This document shows positions 37,839-49,158 of a stretch of DNA of 64,000 bases, in pieces (position 1 is the first letter of the stretch; each line of letters begins with the position of its first letter). Under the pieces are notes generated by a model. It ran no database searches. It had not been told where the DNA came from and saw only the letters and a list, made by a program, of their open reading frames with translations. The DNA comes from an uncultured Chloroflexia bacterium (GTDB taxonomy: Bacteria > Chloroflexota > Limnocylindria > Limnocylindrales > CSP1-4), in NCBI GenBank assembly GCA_963752475.1, contig CAVVYR010000006.1:704001-768000 (forward strand), written 5' to 3'. The position numbers and the translations under genes were made by a program.

Positions 37839-40219
37839 GCCACTTGTCACGCGCGCTCTGGCGCGACATCCGCCGACGGCCAGCCCAGTTCCTCAGCGTG
37901 GCCCTGGTCATCGCGCTGGGCGTGGGCATGTTCAACGCATCCTTCGACGCGTTCCTCAACCTGACCGGCTCGTACGAGAAGCTCTACCGCGAGACCAGCT
38001 TCGCTCACGTCACCGCGGTCGGCGGCCCACGCGAGGAGGTGCTTGCCGCCGGCGACCAGATGCCGGGGCTGCGGGCCTCGACAGCTCGCACCGTGGCCGA
38101 CGTTCCATTCCTCGTCGGCGAGGACCACACGATGCTCGGTCGCGCGGTGGGCATGCAGTCGTCGGGCCAGTCGACCGTCAACGACATCCGGATCACCGTC
38201 GGCACGACCCTCGATCCGCGGACGCCGCACGGTGTGGTGGTCGAGCAGCACATGGCGGCACACTTCGATCTCGAGCCTGGTGAGGCGCTCTCCATCTCCA
38301 CGCCCGACGGTTGGGCCGAGGCGCAGGTCCTTGGCGTGGCCGCCTCGCCCGAGTACCTGTGGCCGGCCAAGAGCCGCCAGGAGGTGCTGGTCCTGCCCGA
38401 TGACTTCGGGGTCGTGTTCGCGTCGGAGTCGTTCGTGCGAGAGCTGGCACCCACGGCCCAGCGCTCGGAAGTGCTCTTCCGTCTCGCCGACGACGCGTCG
38501 GCGGAGGCCGTCGAAGACGCGCGTGCGGCCGTGCTCGCGGCCGGCGCGCTCGATGCCTTCACGCTCGACGAGCAACCCTCGAACGCCGCGCTCCAGGAGG
38601 ACGTCTCGGGATTCGCCGAGATGTCGGTGATGTTCCCAGCGTTCTTCCTCATCGCCGCCGCCTTCGCCACCTACGTGATGCTGGGGCGGATGATCTCCGG
38701 GCAGGTGGCGAACATCGGCACCATGCGCGCACTCGGCTTCCGCAGTCGCACCATCACCTGGCACTACGCTGCCATCGGCGTGGTCGTGGGTGTGGTGGCC
38801 TCGGTCGTGGGCGTGGTCATCGGAGCCCTTCTGGCTGAGGGCATCACCCGGCTGTACACCACTACCTTGAGCATCCCCGCCGCAGTCGTGGAGATCCGAC
38901 CCGCGACGGTCGCGACAGGCTTCCTCGTCGGCGTCGTCACCGGATTCCTCGCGGCCTGGTTCCCGGCCAGGCAGGCGGGTCGCATCTCGCCGGCCACGGC
39001 TATGCGCGGCCAGCTGCCTCCAGGTGGCGGGGGTGAGTCGCTGCTCGAGCGGATCATCCCGCCTTTGCGCCGGCTGCCGGTGCGTTGGCTCTCGGCCATC
39101 CGCGGCCTCGGGCGTGCACGCCGACGCAGCGTGGCGTCGGTCGTGGGCGTGATGCTGGCCACGATGCTGGTCATCGTCTCGTGGGGCTTCATCGACAGCG
39201 TGCAGGTCCTGCTCGATCGCCAGTTCGTGCAGATCCAGCACTACGACGCACAGCTGCACGTCGCCGGCCGCCCAGCGGAGCAGATCGCCACCGACGTGCG
39301 TGCTGTGGACGGTGTCACCGGGGTCGAGGAAGCGCTGGTCGTCCCGGTATCGGTGGTCGGTCCTGACGGTTCCTACACGACCACGTTGACCGCGCTCGAG
39401 CCCGAGGCCGAGATGCACGTCCTGTTGGACGCCGATGGCCGCGTTCTACCAGTGCCGGAGGAGGGCATCGTGCTCGGCCAGGCGCTCGAGGGAGCCCTCG
39501 GCGTCAAGGTCGGCGAGACGGTGGATCTGCAGATCGCCAGCCTGGGTCTGCTCGAGAGCGTGCCTGTGGCCGGCTTCGTGAAAGAGCCGCTGGGGACGAA
39601 CGCGTACACCTCACTGCCATACGCGATCGGGGCGGTGGAGGCCGCTCTTGGTGTGTCGGCGGCCGGCACCGATCCGCCGAACCTGCTGATGCTCACGTTC
39701 GCGGATGGCGTGGACGGCTCGACGATGCGCGCATCGTTGAGTGCCATCGCGGGCGTCCAGGCCTTCGTCGATTCGGACGCGCTGTACGAGCTGGTGCAGG
39801 AGTACATGGGACTGTTCTACGCCTTCGTGGGCGTGATGATCGTGCTTGGCGGCGTGCTGGCCTTCGCGCTCATCTACAACACGATGTCGGCCAACATCTC
39901 CGAGCGTCAGGGGGAGCTGGCCGTCTTGCGCACGCTCGGTCTTTCGCGGCGGGCCATCGGCTCCATGGTGACGATCCAGAACCTGTTGCTGACGATCGTG
40001 GGGCTCGTGCCGGGCCTCATCTTCGGCTGGGTCCTGGCCTGGGTCTTCATGTACGCCTTCAGTTCCGACATGTTCGCCTTCGAGCTATACGTCCGGCCGA
40101 TGACCTTCGCACTCACGTCGGTGGCCATCATCGTGGTCGGGCTGCTCTCGCAGTGGCCCGCCCTGCGCGCGGTCGGTCGGCTGGAGCTGGGGAAGATCGT
40201 GCGGGACCGTTCGTTCTGA
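37835..40219 (+). CDS. FtsX/MacB-like ABC permease (tandem)
   Basis: Two FtsX modules (IGTMRALG; ERQGELAVLRTLG) and SPEY motif. Confidence 0.9.
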   Translation: MSHLSRALWRDIRRRPAQFLSVALVIALGVGMFNASFDAFLNLTGSYEKLYRETSFAHVTAVGGPREEVLAAGDQMPGLRASTARTVADVPFLVGEDHTMLGRAVGMQSSGQSTVNDIRITVGTTLDPRTPHGVVVEQHMAAHFDLEPGEALSISTPDGWAEAQVLGVAASPEYLWPAKSRQEVLVLPDDFGVVFASESFVRELAPTAQRSEVLFRLADDASAEAVEDARAAVLAAGALDAFTLDEQPSNAALQEDVSGFAEMSVMFPAFFLIAAAFATYVMLGRMISGQVANIGTMRALGFRSRTITWHYAAIGVVVGVVASVVGVVIGALLAEGITRLYTTTLSIPAAVVEIRPATVATGFLVGVVTGFLAAWFPARQAGRISPATAMRGQLPPGGGGESLLERIIPPLRRLPVRWLSAIRGLGRARRRSVASVVGVMLATMLVIVSWGFIDSVQVLLDRQFVQIQHYDAQLHVAGRPAEQIATDVRAVDGVTGVEEALVVPVSVVGPDGSYTTTLTALEPEAEMHVLLDADGRVLPVPEEGIVLGQALEGALGVKVGETVDLQIASLGLLESVPVAGFVKEPLGTNAYTSLPYAIGAVEAALGVSAAGTDPPNLLMLTFADGVDGSTMRASLSAIAGVQAFVDSDALYELVQEYMGLFYAFVGVMIVLGGVLAFALIYNTMSANISERQGELAVLRTLGLSRRAIGSMVTIQNLLLTIVGLVPGLIFGWVLAWVFMYAFSSDMFAFELYVRPMTFALTSVAIIVVGLLSQWPALRAVGRLELGKIVRDRSF

Positions 40220-40275
40220 GCGACGGTCGTCGCTTCAGCCGCTCCCTGACGTGGCCGTCGTCCTATCCTGTAGGC

Positions 40276-41001
40276 GTGAACGGGAACCGCGAGCGACCAG
40301 AGACCTCCGCCGCCGAGCAGGCGTACCTGCTGGCCATCCGCCAGTCGCGTGGTGGTGACCCGCTCAGCGCAGCCGACCTCGCGCGGCGGATGAGCGTCTC
40401 TCCGCAGGCGACGAGCGAGATGCTGCGACGCCTCTCGGGTGCCGGCCTCGTCGAGATCGGCGAGCAGCGCAACGTCTGCCTGACGACCAAGGGCAACCAG
40501 GAGGCGGACGCCATCTACCGCCGCCATGCCTTGGCCGAGTGGCTGCTGGCATCCGTGCTGGGCATCCCCTGGGCAGAGATCGATCCGGAGGCCATCCGGC
40601 TGCAGGCCCATATCTCGCCCCGTGTCGAAGCGGCCCTCGATGAGCTCCTGGGCCATCCGGAGACGTGTCCGCACGGCAACCCGATCGATGAGGCCATCGC
40701 GAGGAGACGCCCCGATGGCCTGCCGTTGAGTGACGTGGACGCGGGCGTACGAGCGACCGTCTATCGCATCACCGAGGCTGCCGAGGAAGACGGCGGGTTG
40801 GTGTCGTACCTTCAGGCGCGAGGCCTTCGGCCCGGTGCGCAGGTGACGATCCTTGCGCGTTCCGAGTCGACGGATTCCCTGACCCTCGAAGGTCCTCGCG
40901 GGCGCGCGACCCTTGGTCTGCGCCCGGCGAGACTCATCCGCGTCCTGGAGGGCGAGCCTGAGGCGGAGCTCTTCCACACGGTGCCCGACCGCGAAGCCTG
41001 A
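40276..41001 (+). CDS. DtxR/MntR family metal-dependent regulator with FeoA domain
   Basis: YLLAI, HTH, RRHAL.E, CPHGNPI, C-terminal GLRPG. Confidence 0.9.
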   Translation: MNGNRERPETSAAEQAYLLAIRQSRGGDPLSAADLARRMSVSPQATSEMLRRLSGAGLVEIGEQRNVCLTTKGNQEADAIYRRHALAEWLLASVLGIPWAEIDPEAIRLQAHISPRVEAALDELLGHPETCPHGNPIDEAIARRRPDGLPLSDVDAGVRATVYRITEAAEEDGGLVSYLQARGLRPGAQVTILARSESTDSLTLEGPRGRATLGLRPARLIRVLEGEPEAELFHTVPDREA

Positions 41002-41058
41002 GCACATCCATCCGGCCCTTCAGTGGCCTGAGCTGATCCCGAGGAAGGAGTCGACCGC

Positions 41059-42092
41059 ATGCTGGTCGTGATGTCGGTCGGAGCGACCGAGGAAGAGGTC
41101 CAGGAGGTCCGTCGCCACATCGAGGCCGATGGACTCACGCCCCACGAGAGCCGTGGCGAGCAGCGCGTGATCATCGGCGTCGTCGGCGACGTCGGACCGC
41201 GCAAGGAACAGGTCATGGCACACCTCGCCGTCCTGCCCGGGGTCGAGTCGGTCACACCCATCAGCAAGCCCTTCAAGCTGACCTCGCGTGACTTCCACCC
41301 GCAGGACACGGTCATCGAGGTGGGAAACACGACCATCGGCGGTGGCTCGCTGACGATCATGGCCGGCCCCTGCGCCATCGAGAGCCGCGACCAGCTGATG
41401 CGCACAGCCACGGCGGTCGCGGAGGCTGGCGCGACGGTGTTGCGCGGCGGTGCCTTCAAGCCTCGGACGAGCCCTTACAGCTTCCAGGGTCTGGGCATGG
41501 ATGGCGTCCGCTTCCTCGCTGAAGCCCGCGCCGAGACCGGTCTGCCGGTCATCACCGAGGTCATGGAGCCGAGCCAGATCACGCAGGTCGAGCTGCACGC
41601 GGACATCCTCCAGATCGGCGCGCGCAACATGCAGAACTTCTCGCTGCTCATGGCTGCCGGCCGCACCGGAAGCCGGTCATGCTCAAGCGCGGCATCAGCG
41701 CCACCATCGAAGAGTGGCTCATGGCGGCGGAGTACATCGTCAGCTCGGGCAATCCCAACGTGATCCTCTGTGAGCGCGGCATCCGCACGTTCGAGAAGTA
41801 CACCCGCAACACCCTCGACCTCACGGCCGTGCCGCTGCTGCACAAGCTGACGCACCTCCCGGTCGTGGTCGACCCGTCCCATGCCACGGGCCAGCGGTGG
41901 TTGGTGCCTCCGATGTCGGTGGCCGCGGTCGCCGGTGGGGCCGACGGCATCATGGTCGAGGTCCATCCCAACCCCGACGATGCGCTCTCGGATGGTCCGC
42001 AGAGCCTGACCCTGGAGATGTTCAGGGAGATGGCTCCCGTCCTGCGTCAGGTCCACTCCCAGGTGGAGCCACTCGTCAGCGTCGCGGACTGA
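41059..42092 (+). CDS. aroF: DAHP synthase type I-beta with N-terminal regulatory domain; one frameshift near 41670
   Basis: [34 protein letters not shown], then [21 protein letters not shown]. Confidence 0.92.
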
Positions 42093-42182
42093 TCGGACAG
42101 CGCCGAACCCCGGCCCGTCCTGCATCTGGAGCGTCGCTGGCGCGAACCGTCGGTGGCGATGGGTCAGCGGAGACCATGCAGG

Positions 42183-43146
42183 CTAGTGGCCGCGCTCGCC
42201 TCTAACGTAGGGTTCGCCCAGTGCGGCCGGTGCGCCGATGCGCTTGCGGTTGGCCTCGGATGCAGCGAAGACGAGCACGAGGATGACCATCACGTACGGC
42301 AGCATGCCCAGGAAGAATGTGGCGGGCTGGTACTCATAGAAGATGTTGTAGAGACCCAGCAACGCATCCTTGCCCTGGAGGTCGAGTGCCAGCCGGAAGA
42401 TGAAGGCGACCATGTAGGCGCCGAACATCGTGCGTCCTGGCTTCCATTGGCCGAAGATGACGAGGGCCACCGCGATCCAGCCCTGGGCGATGAACGTCTT
42501 GTCCGCGTGCCAGCCAGGCACGAGCGCCATCGTCATGTAGGCGCCCGCGAGGCCGGCCAGCGCTCCGCCGAGCATCACGTAGAGGTAGCGCTGGCGGTAG
42601 ACGTTGACGCCAAGCGCATCAGCCGCGCTGGGGTTCTCGCCAACGGCGCGCAGGTGCAGGCCGGGCCGGGTGCGGAAGATCCAGATCGAGGTCAGCGGCA
42701 CCAGCAGGTAGCCGACGTAGACGAGGATCGAGTGGTCGGTGAAGAAGATGCCGCCGATGAAGCGGGATCTCGGAGAGTAGCGGAACGGTGATGACCGGCA
42801 GCAGTGGCGGGCTGCCGCTGGCGAGGCCATCGCCGAGCACCAGCGCCAAGCCGGTGCCGAGGAACGTCAACGCCAGGCCGGACACGATCTGGTTGGCCTG
42901 AAGGTGGATGGTGACGATGCCGTGGAGTCCGGCGAGTAGCGCCCCCGCGACCATGGCCAGCAGCAGTCCCAGCCAGGGGTTGACGTCCGCGCCGACCCAG
43001 AAACCGACCATGCGCGCCCAGGAACATCATGCCCTGCACGCCGAGGTTCAGGACCCCTGAGCGCTCGGCGAAGAGCTCCCCGATGGCGGCGAAGAGGAAG
43101 ACGTGCCCGCGCCGACACCGGCGGCGAGCGCGAGTTCGAGGTTCAC
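42183..43146 (-). CDS. Nucleoside (BMP-type) ABC permease 2; frameshifts
   Basis: ERSGVLNLG, ANQIVSG, LRAVGENP, GWIAVA, PAALGEPY across frames. Confidence 0.85.
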
Positions 43147-44258
43147 CGTCGCACCACCCTGACGCGGTAGCGCAGGAAGACGTCACTGGCGATGACGCAG
43201 AAGAGGATGACGCCCTGGATCATGGCCGGGATGCCGGCCGGCTGGATCTCGCGTCCGGCCAGGATGAGCGCGCCGAAGGCGATCGCCGCGACGACGACGC
43301 CCAGCGGGTTGAAGCGCGCCAGGAAGGCCACGATGATGCCGGTGAAGCCGTAGCCCGGCGAGAAGTTGTCCTGCAGCCGATGGACCACGCCGCTGATCTC
43401 GGACGCGCCGGCGAGGCCCGCCAGACGCACCCGAGATGAGCATCACCAGGATGATCGTGCGGCCGATGTTGATGCCGGCGTAGCGCGCCGCTCGGGGGTT
43501 GTCGCCGATGAGCCGGATCTCGTAGCCCTTGCGCGTGCGGTTGAGGAAGACCCACACCAGGCCGGCGGCCACGACGCGCGATGACGAAGCCGAGGTGGAC
43601 CGTCAGGCCGGCGAAGTCGCTGACGATGTCGCTGTGGTCGGTCAGGCGTGGCAGCCAGGCCTCGCGCGGGAAGCGGGGCGACATCTGGAAGCCGCCGTCG
43701 CTCCAGGGGCCGAAGACCCAGAACTTGACCCACTCTGGCAGATGTAGACGAGCATCAGCGTGGTGATGATCTCGTTGACGTTCAGGCGGGCCTTGAGCCA
43801 GCCGGCGATGCCGGCCCAGAGGGCGCCCATGCCGATGCCGGCGAGCATCATCAGCGGCAGGTAGACGAAGCTGGGCGTGCCCTCAGGGAGCCAGCCCAGG
43901 AGCACGATGGCGCTGGCGCCCCAGGCGCCCATCATCAGCTGGCCCTCGGCGCCGATGTTCCAGAGGCGCATGCGGAAGGCCACCGAACAGGCGAGGCCTG
44001 TGAAGATCAGCGGCGTGGCCTTGACCAAGCGTGTCCGAGAGGACGCCGATGCTGCCCAGCGACGAGCGCACGATGTGGGCGTAGGCGTTGATGGGGTCGC
44101 CGCCGATGAGCCAGATGATGCCCGCCGAGATGAGCAGGGCCACGACCACGGCGCCGATGGTGGTGACCACGCCCAGGCCGCGCGGCGTCTCGAGGCGACG
44201 CTCCATGTGGATGGCGAACGGCAGCCGCGCCGTGACGGATCGGTGCGGCGGCGCTCAT
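43143..44258 (-). CDS. Nucleoside (BMP-type) ABC permease 1; frameshifts
   Basis: KATPLIFTGL, WNIGAEGQ, NEIITTLML, GDNPRAARYAGI, GYGFTGI across frames. Confidence 0.85.
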
Positions 44259-45800
44259 CGGGCCGCTTCCTCCGCTGCCGTCTCGGCGCTGGTACCGGTC
44301 ATCATCAGGCCCAGTTGCGCGACCTCGGCTTCCTCGACCGGGATCGACGGGCTGATCCGACCCTCGTAGATGACGGCCACGCGGTCGGCGATCATGAGGA
44401 TCTCATCGAGGTCCTCGCTGATGAGCAGGACCGCCATGCCCGGCTTCACGCTGCTCCAGCAGCAGCTTGTGAACCGTTTCGATCGCGCCCACATCCAGGC
44501 CGCGCGTGGGCTGGACCGCGACCATCAGTCCGGGCTGGGAGCTGATCTCACGGGCCAGGATGAGCCGCTGCAGGTTGCCGCCCGAGAGCAGTCGGGCCTC
44601 GGTGTCGATGGACGGTGCCGAGACCTCGTACGCGTCCTTGAGCTCCTGTGCCTTGGTGCGGGCGACGCTGCTGTCGATGGTCCAGCCATGGCCGATGGGC
44701 TCGGTCCGGTAGGACTTCATGATGAGGTTGTCGGTCAGCGAGAGGTTCGGTGCGCGAGCCGGTCCCGGTGCGGTCTTCGGGCACGTGCGCGACGCCGGCG
44801 TCGATGGCCTCCAGCACCGGGCGGTTGGCCAGCTCCTTCCCGTTGACCTCGATGGAGCCGGTGCACTCGCGCAGACCGGTGATGACCTCGGCCAACTCCG
44901 ACTGACCGTTGCCCGCGACGCCCGCGAGGCCGATGATCTGTCCCGAGCGGATGCGCAGGTCGACGCCTTCGAGGCACTGGACGCCGCGGTCGCTGGTGGC
45001 GCTGACGCCCTGCATCTCGAGCACGATCTCGCCCGAGGGCACGTCCGCCTTGTCGAGGGACTCCAGCACCTCGCGCCCGACCATCAGCTGGGCCAGGTCG
45101 CTCTTCGTCTTGCCGGCGGCTGGCACACCGGCCGCCGTGACCACGCCGCGTCGCATGACGGTCACGCGGTTGGCGATCTGGAGGACCTCGTCGAGCTTGT
45201 GGCTGATGAAGACGACGGAAGCACCCGTCGCGGTCATGCCCTTGAGCGTGTGGAAGAGCTCCTCGATCTCCTGTGGCGCCAGGACGGCCGTGGGCTCGTC
45301 CATGATCAGGATGTTGGCGCCGCGGTAGAGCATCTTCAGGATCTCGACGCGCTGCTGCTCACCGACCGATAGTTGCCAGATCTTGGCGGCAGGGTCGACG
45401 TTGAGGCCGGTCTCGTCGGCCAGCGCCTGGACCTTGGCTTCGTAGGGCCGGCATGTCCAGCCAGAAGCGTGGCTCGTTCGAGCCCGAGCAGGATGTTCTC
45501 GGTCACGGTCAGCGAATCGACCAGCGTGAAGTGCTGATGGACCATGCCCAGGCCGACATCGATAGCGTCGCTGGGTGAGGTGAACGACACGCTCTCGCCA
45601 CGGACCTGGATCTTCCCTTCGTCGGCCGAGTAGAGGCCGGCGAGGATGTTCATGAGCGTGGACTTGCCCGCCCCGTTCTCACCGAGGAGGGCGTGGACCT
45701 CTCCGGTGCGCACGTCGAAATCGACATGGTCGTTGGCGACCACGCCGGGGAAACGCTTGACGATCGCCCGCATCTCGACTGCGAGCGCCGGGTCACTCAT
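44255..45800 (-). CDS. Nucleoside ABC ATP-binding protein (two NBDs); frameshifts
   Basis: GENGAGKST, MVHQHF, MDEPTAVL, GVAGNGQ, LSGGNLQR, QPTRGLDV. Confidence 0.88.
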
Positions 45801-45810
45801 GGGTGTGTTT

Positions 45811-45846
45811 CAGGACCTCGGGGGCCTGGAGACCCCCGAGGTCCTG
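45811..45846. terminator. Perfect 14-bp stem-loop between the BMP and ATPase genes
   Basis: CAGGACCTCGGGGG...CCCCCGAGGTCCTG. Confidence 0.7.
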
Positions 45847-45864
45847 GGTGACTCTTGCTAGCCG

Positions 45865-47108
45865 CTATCCCTCGGGCGGGGCCGCGGTGATGCCTTCGAC
45901 CCACCAGTACATGCAGGTACTCGCAGGTCGCCCCGTCGAACGTACTGAACTGGTCGAGGTCCCCCTGCTCGAGGGACTCGCCCTCAGGGACGACCACGTT
46001 TCCCTGGTTGTCGGTGATCGGACCGGAGAACACGTCGAAGCGATCGAACTCACCGGCCAGCATGGCGGCGAGGGTGTCCTCGACCAACTGCACGTCTTCC
46101 TCGGGCAGGTCGGCGATGCCGGGATCGGCTCCTCGCCCTCCATGAAGCCATAGAGGCCCATACCCTGGGAGTCGGCGTCGAAGTAGACCCAGCCTGGCGT
46201 ATAGCTGCCGTCGACGATGCCTCGGCGATGCGAGCGTACTCAGGGCCCCACAGCCAGTACGGCGCAGTCAGGCAGGCCGGGCTCGTGCAGGAGCCAGCCC
46301 AGTCATAGGTGATGCCCCACTTGTCGCCGAGCTCCTCGGCCACAGCGGCAGGTGCCGGCGTGTCAGCGCCGGTGAAGACGACCTGGGCACCGGCGTCGAA
46401 GAGCGATGCCGCAGCTTCGCGCTCGATCTGTGGGTCGTGCCAGGTGTTGATCCAGCGAACGTCCATGGTGCACTCGGGGCAGGTCTCCAGCGCGCCAAGC
46501 ATGAAGGCGTTGCCCAGTCGGTATTCCTCGGGGATGGGGAAGGTGGCGATGTAGCCGAGCTTGGGGTTGCCGTCGACCATCGCGCGCGAGCCGGCGAGCA
46601 TGCCGGAGAGGTACTTGAAGTCCTCCATCGCGCCCATGATGTTGCCGAAGTTCTCTTCGTTGGACATGAAGCCGGACACGTGCAGGAACTGCTGATCCGG
46701 GAACTCCTCGGCTACCGCCGACATCGGCTCCATGTAGCCGAAGGACGTCCCGATGATGTAGTCGAAGCCCTTGCGAGCGAGACTGCGGAAGACCTGCTCG
46801 GCATCGGCGCCCTCAGCCACGTTCTCCATGTACGCCACGTGGACGTTGTCCACGTTCTCGCAGACGTACTGCAGGCCCTCGAAGTGAGCCTGGCTCCAGC
46901 CACCGTCGTTGTGGGGGCCGATGAGGACCATGCCGATGTTGAACTTGCCGTCGACGGTCTCGGGTAGTTGCACGCCGCCGGCGATGGCGGAGCAGTCCGT
47001 CTCTTCCTGTGCGGCCACGATCGGTGCGCCACTGACGCCGATCGCGCTCGCCAGCAACGCGCCGGCAAGGGTAACGCGAGCCATCTTCGCCCACGAACGC
47101 ATGCTCAT
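45865..47108 (-). CDS. BMP family ABC substrate-binding protein; frameshifts in the 3' part
   Basis: DGGWSQAH, GTSFGY, PIPE...NAF..GA, WINTWHDP..E, FSGPI.D..G. Confidence 0.85.
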
Positions 47109-47342
47109 GCGATAGGTCCCTCCAATACGAGCGCCGGGGAAAACGCTCCCGCCCCGGTCAAGCCGACGATACGCCACCCGGCAAGCGGAATCAGGGCCGA
47201 TTGGGAGACACTCGGGCACCCATTCGGCACCAAAGGCGCGATGGCCCGCCAGGCGTCCACAGCCGATCCACCCTGTCGAGGTCGCGGTACCCTCGCTTCC
47301 ACAGCACATCCCACTACCGAGACCCGCCGACTGGAGGCATCC

Positions 47343-48977
47343 GTGGCCACGAGCGAATTCGCCGGAAAGCCCGCCGACCCCTCGATCCTCGTCGATCTGC
47401 AGGCGCTCGAGGACGCCTACTACTCGGGCGTGCCTGATCCGTCCGAGCCGTCCCAGCGAGTGGCCTTCGGCACGTCCGGCCACCGTGGATCATCGCTGGA
47501 CACCGCCTTCAACGAGAGCCACATCGTGGCCACGACGGCGGCCATCGTGGACTTCCGCCGTGAGCAGGGTATCGAGGGCCCGCTGTTCATGGGTCGTGAC
47601 ACGCATGCGCTGAGCGAGCCGGCCTTCCTGACCGCGCTGGAGGTGCTGGTGGCGGCCGGTGTCGACGTCCGCATCGATACCGCCGACGGCTTCACGCCGA
47701 CCCCGGGCATCTCGCACGCCATCCTCACCTGGAACCGTGAGCACCCGGATGTCCCGGCCGACGGCATCGTGGTCACGCCCTCGCACAACCCTCCGGCCGA
47801 TGGCGGCTTCAAGTACAACCCGCCGAGCGGCGGCCCGGCCGACGCGTCGATGACCAAGGCCATCCAGGACGCGGCCAACGAGCTGCTCGCAGGCGACGTG
47901 AAGGGTGTCGCGCGCGTGCCGGCGCCACGCGCGCGATCAGCCGCCGCACGGTACGACTATCAGGGTGTCTACATCGCCAGCCTTGGTGAGGTCATCGACC
48001 TTGCGGCCATCGCTACCTCCGGCCTGCGCGTCGGCGTCGATCCGCTGGGTGGCGCGGCAGTGGCCTGGTGGGGCGCCATCGCCGAGCTCTACCAGCTCGA
48101 CCTGACCATCACCAACGACACCGTCGACCCGGCTTTCGGTTTCATGACCCGCGACTGGGACGGCAAGATCCGCATGGATCCATCGTCGCCCTACGCCATG
48201 GCGCGGCTGGTGGAGATGCGGGCCGACTACGACCTGGCCCTGGGCAACGATGCCGACGCCGACCGCTTCGGCGTGGTCACGCCGTCCGTCGGGTTGCTCA
48301 ACCCCAACCACTATCTCGCAGCCGCGGCCTCGTACCTCTTTGGTGGGGCGCGAGCGTGGGGCGCCGACGCCGCCATCGGCAAGACGCTCGTGTCCTCGAG
48401 CATGCAGGACCGTGTCGCGGCCTCTCTCGGGCGCCGACTCTACGAGGTCCCGGTCGGCTTCAAGTGGTTCGTGGACGGGTTGCTCGATGGCTCGGTCGCG
48501 TTCGGCGGCGAGGAGAGCGCGGGCATGTCCTTCCTGCGCTTCGACGGCTCGCCCTGGTCGACCGACAAGGACGGCATCATCGCCTGCCTGCTGGCGGCCG
48601 AGATGACGGCCAGGACCGGTCGCGATCCCGGCGCCATCTACGCTGGGCTTACCGAGGAGTTCGGGGCGCCGGTGTACAAGCGCATCGATGCGCCTGCCAC
48701 GCCCGAGCAGAAGGCGGCCCTGGGCCGGCTCTCGCCAGAGGCGGTCGCGGCCACCGAGCTGGCTGGCGAACCCATCACGGCCAAGCTGACCGAGGCCCCC
48801 GGCAACGGCGCTGCGATCGGCGGTCTCAAGGTGGTGACCGAGCAGGGCTGGTTCGCGGCGCGACCATCAGGCACGGAGAACGTGACCAAGCTCTACGCCG
48901 AGTCCTTCGTCGACGAGGCCCATCTCGAGCGCATCATCACCGAAGCCCAGGCCATCGTCGCCGACGCGCTGAGCTGA
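47343..48977 (+). CDS. pgm: Phosphoglucomutase (alpha-D-glucose-1,6-bisphosphate dependent)
   Basis: FGTSGHRG, TPSHNPP, DADADR, GGEESAG, ARPSGTE..KLYAES. Confidence 0.95.
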   Translation: MATSEFAGKPADPSILVDLQALEDAYYSGVPDPSEPSQRVAFGTSGHRGSSLDTAFNESHIVATTAAIVDFRREQGIEGPLFMGRDTHALSEPAFLTALEVLVAAGVDVRIDTADGFTPTPGISHAILTWNREHPDVPADGIVVTPSHNPPADGGFKYNPPSGGPADASMTKAIQDAANELLAGDVKGVARVPAPRARSAAARYDYQGVYIASLGEVIDLAAIATSGLRVGVDPLGGAAVAWWGAIAELYQLDLTITNDTVDPAFGFMTRDWDGKIRMDPSSPYAMARLVEMRADYDLALGNDADADRFGVVTPSVGLLNPNHYLAAAASYLFGGARAWGADAAIGKTLVSSSMQDRVAASLGRRLYEVPVGFKWFVDGLLDGSVAFGGEESAGMSFLRFDGSPWSTDKDGIIACLLAAEMTARTGRDPGAIYAGLTEEFGAPVYKRIDAPATPEQKAALGRLSPEAVAATELAGEPITAKLTEAPGNGAAIGGLKVVTEQGWFAARPSGTENVTKLYAESFVDEAHLERIITEAQAIVADALS

Positions 48978-49158
48978 TCCCGGCCGGGTGGGCGTACGGA
49001 TGGCCCGTGCTCTCGATAGTGCGACAGGACTAGGCAGACCGGTCCGCTCGGGGACTATCATTCGCTGATTGGCGCCTGCCCTGTTCGTCGACAGAGCCGC
49101 GCCGAACAGTGATGGCGCCGGGGGGCACCTCCTCGTCCCCGGGCGGCGAAAGGGAGCT

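Noticed and set aside
41660-46230. Fragmented aroF and nucleoside ABC operon as a decaying locus
   Set aside because: The lesions I could trace are frame-changing indels with no evident motif decay, the same error signature as elsewhere in the window.
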